Source: Hyphochytrium catenoides
Taxonomy: Eukaryota > Protista > Hyphochytriomycota
Reading direction: 5' to 3'
Length of the DNA: 51,949 nucleotides
Assembly (NCBI GenBank): GCA_900088475.1
Contig: FLMG01000960.1
Coordinates: 1-51,949, forward strand
The notes under the pieces are model-generated. The model ran no database searches. It worked only from the letters and a program-made list of their open reading frames with translations, and was not told where the DNA came from. A program made the position numbers and the translations under genes. Of this stretch, positions 25,589 through 38,400 are shown in pieces; within the stretch, counting starts at the first letter, position 1, and every line of letters starts with the position of its first letter.

Positions 25589-25669
25589 GTCAGCGTGCCA
25601 GAGTGGTTATTGGGTACGATTAGAAATCGTATGGGATTTCCCGCGCAGGTTCGAATCCTGCCGCTGACG
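25589..25669 (+). tRNA. tRNA-Ser(AGA)
   Basis: Same cloverleaf with one base different from the minus-strand copy; followed by AACCTTTTT Pol III terminator. Confidence 0.96.
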
Positions 25670-26271
25670 AACCTTTTTGCCTCTCTCCTCTTTCCACCCC
25701 CAATTGTGCGTTATCTCCCATGCCGCTAACGCCTTTCTGTGGGAGGAAAAAGCTCTGAGAAGCGTGAAACTGATAAAGTTGAGCGACGAAAGAAGTGGAA
25801 GCTCATCTTCATCGCCACCACGCAGGCGCAGGAGCTCCTGCTGAGGCTGTAGGCTCAGTCCTTGTGGATAGGTAGAGCGCCTTGGTTTATGGCTGCTTGC
25901 TTGTTGGAGTTTGCAGATGTGATGCCTGTTAATGAGAAAGGGAGGAGGGAAGCTTCGGAATCAGGAGTCTAGCTAGATGATGGCGGAGGGACAGAGAACG
26001 GGACATGCGTGAGTGACATGACATCTGCGTGTGTGTGCGCGAACCGAGCGAAGAGTCTGGGCTTCTGACCAGTGAGCGGACCGCGCACAAGATTCTAATT
26101 AGATCTTGTGGAGTGCGGTACTCAGCTGACAAGTTGACAAGCTAGGGAGCTCTCGGGCTAACTGTAGCAATGGTTGGAGCCTCAAGGAGCTGACGTAGTG
26201 AGCTTGTTCCCATTCATGACAAGTGAAGAAGAGAGTAAGAAGAGAATCGTAGGTGGCTTCTTACAGACAAA

Positions 26272-29200
26272 ATGACCACAATTGAGGACGTCAAAGCCTC
26301 GCCTACGGGAGGCGTCGTAACAAGCCCGCGATCTGTGGAGGTATAGTTGCTATCTTCCGTTAGCCGTCCAACAGTATTCTTATCGCTGCCGCCTCTGCGC
26401 TGATAGGCATGTCGCAGGCTTGGCATAGAGCCGACGGAGCTAGTATTCAAGTCACTCGACGCATTTGAGGACGGCAAAGTGCCTGATAAGAGGCTTCAGC
26501 ATCAAAGGTTGCGTTATAGAAGCTTATAGCGATGATCTCTTGCCGTAAAGATCTCTCTTCCTGGGCACAATCCTATATATTCGCTCCTTTTTGTCTTATT
26601 GCTTCAAGGCTCTTCTGGCTCCTAGGTGTCTCACAAAATTAATCACAGGTACGAGCGTCACGAACTGAAGCGGCGGAGAAAGATCGAGGAGGTATTGCAG
26701 GAACGCGCCAAGCTTATGCAGGGACCCCGTAGCGCTGACAGCGGCCGCTCCAATGGTTCCGACACAGCTCCCTGCCTTCTTTTACTTTCTCTGTTAAGTC
26801 CTTATATGGTCTCTGCATGGCGCCCGCTTTTGACAGGGCTTCTCGGTATCTTTTTTCAATGCGTCCTTTACCGTTTTTCTTTACTGCAACTTGACTCAGT
26901 GTCTGAATGAACTTTCCTCCCACGGACCAGGTTTGCTTCAGACACGGTCACCGGGCTCCCACCCTTCTGTCGACGATGGTAGCCTTCTTGAGAGGGAAAA
27001 AAAGACTTTGGAGAAGCTCATGTATAGGCAACAGCAGGAGCTACAGCAGAGACTAGCGTATGAACTCCGAATGGCACAAGCACAGGTGTGGTCCTAGATA
27101 CTCTGAATGGAGTCGAGCAATGTCGTGGACGAGGGAAGAGGGCATTATGTGCCGCTGGTAGAAGTAGGTGCAAGAGAAGGGGACAGAGAGAAAAAGGCTA
27201 AGTAACGGACGGACGGGGCAAGGCCCTAGAGAAGTGAGAAGTACACACAAAGAAAACTCTAAATTTTCTCTCAGGAAGAGAACGCCAGACGGTTGCAAGA
27301 AGAGAAAGAGCGAGAAGAGAAGAAGAGGCAAGAAAAGCTTAGAAAGGAGAGGGAGTGGAATGAATTGAAGCTCGCCAGGGAAAAGGCTCTCCGAGAGGCC
27401 CTCGAAGCGGTAAGCCAGGTATACCCTCTGGACAGGGGTTGATAGACTGATGGCTCGAGATGGCGTTGAAGGAAACTGCTGAGAAGCGGCGTCAAATGCA
27501 AATCGAGTTTGAAGAGGAGAAGCGGCGGCTGGAGGAAGAGAAGCAAAAGGAGAAAGAAGGTAGGTAGATTCATACCCCTAGCCTCTTCCACTTCTTTCGC
27601 CCCATCTTCCATAACTCAATGGTACTCTATTCGCATATGCTCAGCTCGTAAGGCAGCCGCTCAGCGGGAGCTGGAGAAAAGAAAGAAGTTGGAAGAGCAT
27701 AAGCTCCAGACCCAGATGATCCTCAAGATGCAGCAAGATGAGGTGTGTATCNNNNNNNNNNNNNNGGCACAGAGAGTGTCCTTTTGCTTCGTTGGTCTTC
27801 GGTGGACTCTGTCTTCCAATGAGCTGACGGGCATCTCCAACCAGATTTTAGCAAAGGAACAGGAGCTAGCCGCGAGGGATGCAGAAAGAAAGAGGAAAGT
27901 TGAGGAGCACAGAAAGCAACAGGTAGGGAGAAAGATGTGGAAGGGCTGAAGCGGATGCCGCCGGTGGTTGGAGACATCCGTAATCTGCAAAATCACTACG
28001 GATACAAGTTTTACTAACGTTGATAATGCGCATCTCCAGATGTTGGAAGCCCAGTTAAGGCGAGCGGCATGCGAAGCGAAGATTGGCCAAGTGTTGGACG
28101 AGAAGCAACAAGCGTTAGAAGAACAGCGAAGAGAGATGGAGATGGTAAGTGGGTCCAAGTCAATAGAAATGTGGAGAGAAGGAGGCAGACAGAGAGGTCA
28201 CGAGTCTGAAGATTAGACAGATAAAGCCACCAGGAGACAGAGTGGAAGAGGATGCTGCGGAGCGAAAGGGAGGGAAAACGAGAGTAAGGAGGGGCACGAC
28301 GAAGGTCATACGGCAAGAAAGCTCTAAGTTCTCGTGAAAAACTGCTTACTCGTTGACTCCTCAGAAACAGAAGGAGAGTGACAGGCGACGAAAGAAGTTT
28401 GAGGAGGATAGAGCACATCGAGAACAGGAAAATAAGAGGCTGGCGAAGCTTAAGGTATTCCTCGATAGGACCTTCAAATCACCTCTTTTTCTTCTTAACC
28501 TTTTGAGTTGTGTTTCTAAAAATGATCGCTAACCATCCGGTGCAGGCTGATGAGATAGCTGCTGCCATCAAACAGCAGAAGCAACAGGAAGAGAAGAAGA
28601 AGGAGGCTCTTCTCCTTGAGGAGAAGCTAGTAGCAGACAGACTGGCGAGAAGAGAGGAAGAGATGAAAGAGGAGAAGGAAAGAAGACGGAAAAGAGAGGA
28701 AGAGAAAGAGCAACAGAGAATCGAGGCCTACAATGCCATGCAGGAGGCAATGAGACTAAAGACTAAAGAGTTGCTAGACAAACGGGGAGAGAAGGACGAA
28801 AGAGCCGCCAGACAAATGGTATCATGGATATTCTTTGACGGAGTGTCCCAGCTCTTTCAGCATGGCCCATTCAGATTTCTTATCGATTCCTTTGCATGTG
28901 ACAGAGTTACTTCTCTTTCGCTAGAACCTCTCCCAGCCTTCTCCGACTTTTGCTATTGGGCTAATGCTCCAAGCGTATGGTCAACGTCTCATTCCGTCTT
29001 GCAGGACAAGCTTCAGAGCGATCTAAAGCTCCGGAAGTTTGCACATCAGCTGAAAGAAGAGGACAAGCAGGAGGCCCTAGAAAGAAGGAAGCGCGCTGAG
29101 GACTATAAGAAAGCGATGACCAAGCAGAGGATTGATGTGCGTTGTCCCCTTTCTGTGCCCTTGTGCCCACTCAGCCATTGCTCGTCACCTCCTCGCTAGA

Positions 29201-30516
29201 GCACATTTACTAACTTCCAACACTCATGACCCACTTTCCTCTCTTCTCTCTCTCTCCGTGTCACTCTCTCTCTCTCTCACCTTGTCTCCACCCCTCACGC
29301 ACACGACGCTCGTTTTGTATTTCTTAGGAGGAGGAGCAACGGGCAGAGTACATAAAGAAGGAAAGAGAAGCACTTCTTCGCCGAAGAGAGAAAGCCCGGA
29401 AAGATGCTCTCATGCACAAGAAGAAGATGGTTGATGCTTTCCAAAAGATGAAGGTAACTCTGCTTGCCATTGCGCTCTGTCTATCGCGGTTATCAAACAA
29501 AATTACTCTCAGACTTGTCTCTTAGTTGTTGACTTTTTTCCTATCAAAGACAGCTTCTATTGGAGGCTGTTGACTCCCTCTCTCTCTCTTGAGATGTGTT
29601 ACTCCTTAACCACGTTGGCTCCTTGATCGCTGAAAAGGGCAGCTTCCTTAACGTGCTGGCTGGCTTACTCTTAGGTCAATAAAATCAACGGATCAAGTGA
29701 CCTAGAGGAAACCTTGGCCCTTCTCAACCCTGCCATGGAAGGAAGACTAAGAGACAGACCCAAGTCTGCCGGGCCCACGAGAGGAAGAGGAAAGAACTCT
29801 TCCCAATCTCCCCTATCTACTGGTTCTGGATCACTTTCGCCAGCTCGCACAGAGAAAGAGGAGAAAGCCTCACCAATCCCTCCTGAGCAGCTCGTGTGTG
29901 GGTCTACTCTCACACATATGGAAGCAGGGTTGTCAGAAAAAGATACGTCTGCATGTCAAGGTAGTAAGAAGGTGGAAAAGGAGAGCACAAGAGAAGCCGA
30001 GCCAACCTCAGCCAACCCTGATCTTCAGGCAGCCCTCGCGCTAGAAACCAAAAAGCTAAGGCGGAAGCAGAACGAGGAGTTGCTTCGTGTTCTTGAGGAG
30101 GAGCAGCAGGCGGAGGAAAAGAGAGAAATAATGCTGGGCAAGGTCACGGATACGAGAGAGAAAAGAGCTTTAGAACGGTAAGTCGGGCAACGCAGAGAAA
30201 CTGTTACGGCTCGAACAAAGAACAGAAGGATTATATAGCCAGAGCATAGTGCATCTAGGAGGCGAGAAGACAGATAGAGGAGTGGAAGAGAAGGGGAAGA
30301 CAAGAAAGAAGGGCGAGCATTGTTCATTTTCCTCTCTGATATCCCCTCTCGTTTATTGTTTCCCGCAGCATCTTCGCGGGGGAGCGCGAGAAGGCTAGTG
30401 AGCGTATCACCCAGATGACCAAACAGCATGAGCTTGCACTGTCCCGTTTCCTCTCTTCTGCCAAACTACCGCTCTCGTCTTCTTCGCCCTCAGTTGCTGC
30501 CGCCACAGCCAGATGA
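26272..30516 (+). CDS. Long E/K/R-rich coiled-coil (trichohyalin-like) protein, probably cytoskeletal or flagellar, ~15 exons
   Basis: N-terminus TSPRSVEACRRLGIEPTELVFKSLDAF..RYERHELKRRRKIEEVLQER; C-terminus LRRKQNEELLRVLEEEQQAEEKRE..LERIFAGEREKASERI. All introns are GT-AG and in phase; the N-gap lies in an intron. Confidence 0.85.
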
Positions 30517-30614
30517 CTTTTTGGAGCTTTCTATAGGCTGCGACGGCCAGGATGGCAGATCGCCCTAAGCTTTTTCCAACAGATTGCTTTAACTATTTAA
30601 GACAGAAGATATTG

Positions 30615-33600
30615 CTAGTCATGGAACTCCTTTAGAAGCGAAAAGCAGCTTCGTGGCGTTGGAGCTTTGACACTTGTTTCTGCTACCTGCGTAGCTCCGT
30701 CAGTCTTTGAAGCTATCTTGCCGTCGCCTACTATGCTGTCCTTAACACTAGCTCTGCGTATAGCAGAACGTCTAATTGTCATTGGGAGCTTCTGTAGGGA
30801 GAGATAAGTCACGGCAGTGAGAGGGGGAACGGACACGGTCAGTTTACACTAGCGGATTTACCTTCGCAGTCATCGGTGTTTGCTGGAAGTACTCTCGAGC
30901 CCAGCGCCTCCGTTGTATAGAGGCAGCTAGCTGCAGGGGGAGAAGCAGAGGGACAGAATATGTCAGCAAATGCTTCCAATGGAGGGATTCTTGATGGTGG
31001 AAAAGTAGAAGTAAGGCCAACCCCTCAGAAGGAGGGATGGAGCTGCGCAAACAAAACTGGTGATTTTGGCCCACTCTGACCTGGGCTTGGCGTCCGGGGG
31101 ACTGGCTTCTCCCGGCGCCAACTGGAGAGGAGAAGGAATCTTGGGTTTTATAACTGCGCGCTGAGTCATGCGAGCCTACCGGATAGAACATTCCTCCTGG
31201 TGTGGGAGGCACCAGATTGAATTGAAGATCTAGACCACCAGTGAGGCGTTAGTATGTGGAGAAGGAGGCAACCTGGAGTGATTGATTCAACGCAGAGAAG
31301 AGATGGGACCATAAAGATGCTGAAGTGAGACTAAGCATTTTGAAGGTCGAGAAGAGAAAGGTACCAAGAGAGAAGAGGGTCAGAAGTCTAAGAGATATAT
31401 CCATCACCTCTCTCAGTCGTTGAAATGGAGTTTCCATAGTCCGCCATCGCCCTTGAGCGGGCCTTTACGCTCTCTTCTTTAAGAGCTGCTACTCCTGCCT
31501 GCAGACGCTTCAGCGAGCTGTTTAAAAGACTGCTGTCTGCATCCAACTTCTCTAAGGAATGGAGCAGTATGTCATCTCCCTTAATCTCGGACTTCTTTGG
31601 CTCTGTCTCTAGGGCTTCCAAGAGTATGTTACACAGTTTTTCCACTGCTATCCGTTGCTCCTGCAATTCACCAGCAAGATCTAACCTGTCGTTCTTTAAC
31701 GGCTACAAAGCGGTAGAGACTGTCAGTGCTCGTAAGGGTGAGAAGGGAACCTCTGGCCACAAGTTGCACTAACTAAGTATGCTGAGGAGGATCCTTCGGC
31801 ATCAGTAAATCAGAGGCGAAAGTGAACAGTTCTAGGCATGTTCGAGGAGAAAGAGAGTTGACCTGACATAAGACGAAGGCCCTGAGCGAGGGAAAAAGGA
31901 AAGGAAGAAGGAATTGACAGGGGGACCAACAGAATAGGAGTGTACAGTCCTCCTATCTAACGCCAGACGTTGAATGCGGAGCCTCCTGTAGGTTACACTT
32001 ACACGAGACCGCTTCCTTTTCATTTCCTCTGTGGCCATAAGATGCAGCCTGCAGTCGTCAGAGTTCATCCAACGGTTCACCTGTCGGTAGAGATATCGCA
32101 GAAAGGAGAAAAGGTTACAATCGCCCCCTTCGCCTTAAAACGTCACTCTTCTCTTAGTAACGCTTCCCTATCCTCACCTCTTTCATTCTAGCATAGAGGG
32201 GCGAACCAAGATAGCCGTTCAGTCTATCCCAGGCTTGTCTGATCGCTTGCAGCTTGGTTCGTCGCTCCTCTTCAGCTGCCTCTGAATACCAAGCGGCGTC
32301 CTACCATAACAGGTAAACCGGAAGTATTGGCAACTCTTACGGAGATCTTTTTGATAGCCCCAAAGGTCACAGAGTCCACACAGCTTTCTGTCCTTTGTAG
32401 CCCCTCCCACCTACCAGCGGTCTAAGTCCTCCTGTTTCCTCTCTCTTCTCGAGTCACAGCTCTATTTAGTCCCCTTTGTAGCCCACTACCTCGGTATCGT
32501 GGACTGCGCTCTTTCCCTTCTAACAACATTCTATCTCATTCATAAAAATCTGTATGTACAGAGGTCCTCTCTATCGCTCTAAGGTTGCTGTCAAGCGGTA
32601 CCTGAGCGCATAATTCTTGATACTCCTTAGTCCGACTGACCTGGAAGAAGCGTTTGATCAATTGAGGCAAAACGCAGTCAAGGAAGAACAGCAACAGGAG
32701 CTAGCTAAGGCTCTAGCTTGACTGAAGGGCACCTGAGCAGGGCCAAAACGTATTAGTGATCGCTACCTCGTCGTCCTTAAGTTGTCGGATCTTCGTGGTC
32801 AGCTCTAGAGCAAACTCAGTCCATCGCTGTTGGGCTCGATGAGCCTGAACCACAGTCGCATGGAACTCACGACGTCGGTGTCCGACCAAGGCCTGGAATG
32901 GTATACATGGAGACATAGGTGGCGACAGGAAAGCGTGAGGTAAATGCTAAGACAACACAAGCCCTCAAAGAGGGACATAGATAGAAAAAATCTTCACATA
33001 TATATAGAGAAAGAAAGAAGAGGAAGATTAGCACCTTTGTCGCCTGCAGAAGAGAAGACAGAGAGATTTCGTCTTCTGTGGCTTGAGCAGGGTCAGGAGG
33101 TGGCCTGCAGTTGGTTGTGGAGAACTGCTGATGGAACTGCTGGCGTAGCAAAAGTGCAGACAGCCTCCACACAAGGTCCACAACCCTACCGGGACAAAGA
33201 CTGTCATCAGAGAGGTGTCTCCACAAGGATGATAAGAGACAAGATAAGGCCATTGCCATGGGAAAGAAAGAGAGAAAGAGCGGTGGCAGAGAGCGGCTAA
33301 CATAGACTTAAGTCGTACCTTGGACCAAAGGCGGAAGTTAACCTGTTCAGAGTGCGGAGACGGGAGAAATGTCGGGAAGAGGAAGAGACGTAAGGCCTTG
33401 AATAAGGAGAGGGGAGTTGCGGGGAATACTTTGCCCGCGATAGAGGAAGATACACTACAAGCAACAGAGAACGACCCTGGAGAAGAGAGACCTGGGAGAA
33501 GAGGGACACCTAGGGAGAGGTGGAGAAAGGAGTAGGAAGCTTCAGCTGGAAGCCAGGGAATGCGACCCACAGAGTCGGAGAGAAAAAGCCAGAGAAGAGT

Positions 33601-33961
33601 TGGCATGGGATCACATATGCGTGTCCAACCTGGAAGCGCTAGAGGATCCTGGGGGAAGGTGATGCTGCTGCTCTAGTTCAGCCAGCATCCCTTGGACTTT
33701 CCTCTTGAAGGCTGTCTTCTGTGTAGGATGCAGCGGCCATAGGTCCCCAAGTTCTCTGGCGTTAGCTTCGGAGAGAAGAGAGAGACAGAAGAAAAGGATC
33801 GTGTACAGCGCGTTCTCGTTCGGCTTTTGAAAGAGTGTCTCCTGCAGGACGATTGGTCCCTGGGCGAGCTTGCCTTTACCATGAAGGAGAAAGTCTTCAA
33901 AGCCCAGAAGCTTGAGGTTCGACACTAGTAGACCTTCTTTCGATAGGCCCTTTGTCTCCAT
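30615..33961 (-). CDS. HAUS6: HAUS augmin-like complex subunit 6, multi-exon with microexons
   Basis: HAUS6_N-like: NLKLLGF..LFQKPNENALYTILFFCL..LWPLHPTQKTAFKRKVQGMLAELEQ..LPPGSSSASRLTSAFGPRVVDLVWRLSALLL. The middle exons (~31760-32030) are uncertain. Confidence 0.82.
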
Positions 33962-33982
33962 CCTACGTCCAGACTCTCTCTT

Positions 33983-34020
<38 letters not shown>

Positions 34021-34269
34021 CGGAACCCTGCACCTCTTCTCTAGCTACTCCATCGCCAGAATGCCATCAAGAATCCTTCCCAAGGCATCGTAACAGTTCG
34101 ATCTCTCGTTGCGTTAGAGGCCACAAGGCACTGTGCCGAGCGTGAGATCTTGGCGCTGGCTAGCCCACGTCCTCTCTCTGCTTGTGTTGGGCCTGATGGG
34201 GACCTGATGATGGACCTCTGAGACCTCTGAGACCTCTGAGAACTATCAGGCCTGCTTCCTCTTCCGGAT

Positions 34270-34590
34270 GTGTCTGCTTTCTTACCTCTATTATCTCTCT
34301 TCCCCCTCTCCTTCTCTCCTCTTTCTTTCGCTTTCACTCCCTTTTCTCTCTGCTTCTCTCTCTGCTTCTCTCTGCGCTTCTCTCTCTGCTTCTTTCTTTG
34401 CTTCTCTCTCTCTCTCCTTCTCTCTCTCTGCTTCTCTGTCTCTAGTTCTCCCTCTCTCCCTCTCTCTCTCCCTCTCTCTCTCTCTCTCCTTCTCTCTCTC
34501 TTTCNNNNNNNNNNNNNNNNNNNNNNNNNNNNNNNNNNNNNNNNNNNNNNTCTCTCTCTTTCTCTCTCTTTCTCTCCCTCTCTCTCTCCC
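34270..34590. repeat. CT-rich microsatellite/low-complexity tract with an assembly gap (N 34505-34550)
   Basis: Seen directly; the overlapping ER/SL-repeat ORFs are artefacts of it. Confidence 0.9.
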
Positions 34591-35445
34591 TTTTGTCCAT
34601 TATTTCGAAGTTGGCGGGAACAATCGTCCCTCAAGCGCTAGCCGTTACTGGCTATAAGCGCCGTTATGCAGAAGGAAACAAAGAGTACAGTAGCGTTGAT
34701 ATCTTCGAGCTCTGTCTCCGCTTCTCACACATCTGAGACGGAGCTCTGCTGCTGCTGCTGCTGCTGCCCTGAGGACTCTCATGCTCTCCTACCGCTCCAT
34801 TGAGTGAGAAGTGAAGGCAAGCGCTTAGACGCTGACGGTTGGCGATGAGGAAGGCCCGACTGTCGTTAGAACAGTTGCTTCTGCGGGTTCACGTCGACCT
34901 CGCGCTACCGCTTATGGTCCGAATAAGCCTTAGAGCGATGGTAAGTGTGCAGCCTGAAGGTCTCAAAGCAGCAAGCTCCTTCAGGATCTTCAGCACAGGC
35001 TAGGACTGCGTGGGCGGTCTACTGCGGCCCACGCAAGCTCTATCTATATTAGTTTTCGTTATCTTCTTGAAGAGAAGTGATCACAATGGAAAGGCGGACA
35101 ATGCCATTATGATACAATCCGATGTAGACAAGGTCTATCAAGTCAGGAAGACTGTATAGCAAGTAAATGCACTTGGCGAGATGATAGAGACTCATGCTGC
35201 GTGCATATGCCTCTTATATGTGGGAAGACGAACTGCGCTTGGAGCCTGTGACGCCCAGTAGAGCGGTGGTACCGCCCAAGAGTCGTCCTCAGCAAGAGAG
35301 GAGGAGGACGGATAGCAATATACCCGACAGTCGGATGGAGCAAAGGCAAGCCATATTGCGCAGAGAGGGCAGAGTTTTGGACCAGTGGGTAGCGAGAGTT
35401 AGCAAAGAGTCAGGACAGGGACAGAACTGGCGATTAGTGAGCTCT

Positions 35446-38400
35446 TCACGCCCTGTTGCTCTCTATCTCAAGGTGGTGAGGAACAGAGGGGCTTCCAAAA
35501 ATCGCGCTGTTGCTTCTCATTCGGCGGCCAGCGGCAGAGTCAAACTCTTCCAGATGGAACTCGGCGGGGAACTCGAAGCCTGGGCAGTCCTGACGGCCCA
35601 GCAGCTCAGAGTCTGATCGTTTGCCTCTCCGCTTAGTGGTGGGACTGCCATCCCTCCCTTCACCTTTATAAGGAGAAGAATGGGGCCATACTTGAGTCAG
35701 CTTACTGCTATTAGGGAGGAGTCCGAGTAGAGAAGAGAGGAGATGCTTACCTTCGAGTTGCTCTTCGTGCTCCTGTCCTTCTGCTATAGTTGCTGGTATA
35801 CCTTTCGCGGGAGAAGAACCATAGCTTCCATAGCTCTCCAGCACTGCTCGTAGCCAAAGCGGCACCGTGCCCCTTCCTTCGTTGTATTCTTCTATCGTTC
35901 TGGCTAAGGCAGCTAGAGCACTAAGAGCTCCAACGTCTGCAAACTGCTTCCTACAGCCCTGCAGCCCGTCTCTCTCTTCATGTGGGTCTGCATCCTCTTG
36001 CAGAGCAGCGAGTGCCATTCCAAGTGCTAGTTGTTGGTCCATGGATGAGGTGCTACTGAAGCATGCGACGATAGACGCCAAGAGACCTGATAGTATACAC
36101 CAGTTGCGGAGAAAGAGCATACAGTGAGTGGCCAGGCCAACAATAGAGAAAAGAGGGGAAGTTCCGTAGTCCAGAAAAATAGAGAGGGCTTGCTAGTTTC
36201 CCGCCGCATCCTCACCATCTTGATACATCATACGTTTGATCCTCTGAGGGAGCGCAACAGTCGCCACAAGCTTCGCTGCTGCCAGGACACTCAAATCGTC
36301 CGCTTCGCGTCGCTCTAAGACTCGTCTGAGCGCTACGCTGACCCCGGCGTCCATTGCTCTATTCTTATTAGCTGGGCAGCGATAGCAGAGGGAAGAAAGA
36401 GCCTCCAAGCATGACCGGATCACTAGGTTACTCTCTGAGGTTTGCACTAGTGTCAGAAGCGCGTGCACGGCCTTGAGACTGCCAAGTTGTAGCTGATTCA
36501 ATTCCTTCAGCGAAAGATTGGCGATAACGATGGCGGTGGCTGAGAGTGGAAAAGAATATGCCGTAAGACACGCCACTTCTCTTCCTTTAGCTTGTGTCTC
36601 TCTGGCCCTCCTCTTACCTAAAAGCAATCTTTCTGTTGCCTACTCTGCCTCTCTTTCTACCGTTGTTAAAGCGCTGGCGTTGCTAGAGGCTTTGCAGTTC
36701 CTTTCATCTGTCTTTCCCTCCGATAACGCGTATTGTCGCTTCTTACCTGAAAGGGTCTTCGGAGGACATCCAAGGTCTGCCTCAGTTAGGATCCTAACAA
36801 GTGCTCGGTCTCCTCCGCTTGTCACGATCAATGACTGAGTGGCCGGGTCACCGAAGGCGAAGTTTGCCAGGGACCTTGTGGCGCCCTTCAGGACTTCCAC
36901 GTCTTTCGAATTCTGACCTAGCCAGATAATCTGGAGATGAGGGTTCGTCAGCGCAAGTACTGAAAGGAAGGGAGGACCAACAGGATCAAGAGAGCGCGAG
37001 CGGTTATCTAGTGGAGCCGTGACTCCAAAGGGTGGGATCCTAGAGTAAAGTCTCCGGGGCCTATGAAGAAGTAAGAGAGACGATGAGGAGAAGATTACCG
37101 TTTCCAGGGCACCACTTTTTATGAGAAGATTCTTATTTAGCGCGTTGCGCACTGTGAGGTTGGTAAGCGCCTTCAGCAGGACTGCTTGCAACCCTGGGTC
37201 ACTGGTCTAACACACCAATTGACAGTGGGTAGAGGTGACAATAGCGAAAGCGAAGAGGTGAGAGACGATGCAGCGAAAGCGAGTATACAAGGTCCAGGAA
37301 GATAGATAGTCCAGAAGCCACGGTATGCACTGATGTGAAGGAAGATGCAAACTGCCTAAAGAAAGGGATACTTCAGAAGCTCAGGACACCGGAATTTGAA
37401 GGAGCGCCGCCACCCGTGTCTCACCCCTCTTAGTGATTCTAGAAGTATAGTTGGGATCCCCTGTCCGCCAAGATAACTCCTTATCGACTCATCACAGGCG
37501 AGGGAGGAGACAAGATGAATGGCACTCTCAAGGATGTTGAGGCTCAACTCCTCTCCTCTGAGGAGAAGGGGCTTCACTACTTCCTCCACTATCTCAGGGC
37601 CATCGAACGATGCTTGGACCGAGGGGACCACCGACATTCTTACTAGCGCCATGAGGGCAGCACCAAGTACCATGGATTCCTTGGTTCTCCTGCAAACGTG
37701 TTCAAGAGTGCGGTGAATGCCGTATTCTGTGCAAGCATGGAGCTCCCCTTCCTCGTGAGCAGCTAGCACCTTGCGGAAAGGGGATTGAAGAGAAAACATG
37801 GTAAGAGAGTGACTAGCAAGTGTCAAGGCGAGAACAACAGGCTCGAGGGATTGAGGGACATAAGAGTTCCCTCAAGAGAGGCAGGCAGGCAGCGGAGTAA
37901 GGACGCCAAGACTCAAGGAGAGCCGACATGAGGGCGTACAAGGACAGAGGTCTGGAAGCACAGGAATTCTAGTCCTCCTCTGTCTCGAAGGCTTTCGAAC
38001 TCTTCAGGGCTGCCGAATCTGAGGAGGGAGGTGAGTTCTAAGCCGATCACAAGCAGAATGAAGGGAAGAATAGCAGAGACATAGAGAGGTTGACAATGAC
38101 CAGCCCAAGAAATAGATATAGAAAGATGGCCAACGCACGCCACAGGAGAGAGACGATTACTATGAAGAGAAGAGCTCTGGAAGTGTACAGGTGGCGCCAT
38201 GACCATACCCCGCTGCCCACGGCCTCATCTTCTCCTTTTCCATAAGTTCATAGGAAAGGCGTTGAGCAAGGTTCTCCACTCTGTCGCCCAGGTCTCTCTT
38301 TAGGTCCTCCTTCTCCTCTTCTAGGCGCTGACGCAACTCCTGCTGCCTTGCCGCAGCTTCCTTCTCTACCGACGCAGCCGCCTCTCTACCTTTTATTATC

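Noticed and set aside
34041-34657. Long ER-rich and SL-rich ORFs (similar ones at 13767-14269, 19101-19748, 41342-41830)
   Set aside because: Translations of CT/AG microsatellite tracts; those at 34041-34657 also run through an N-gap
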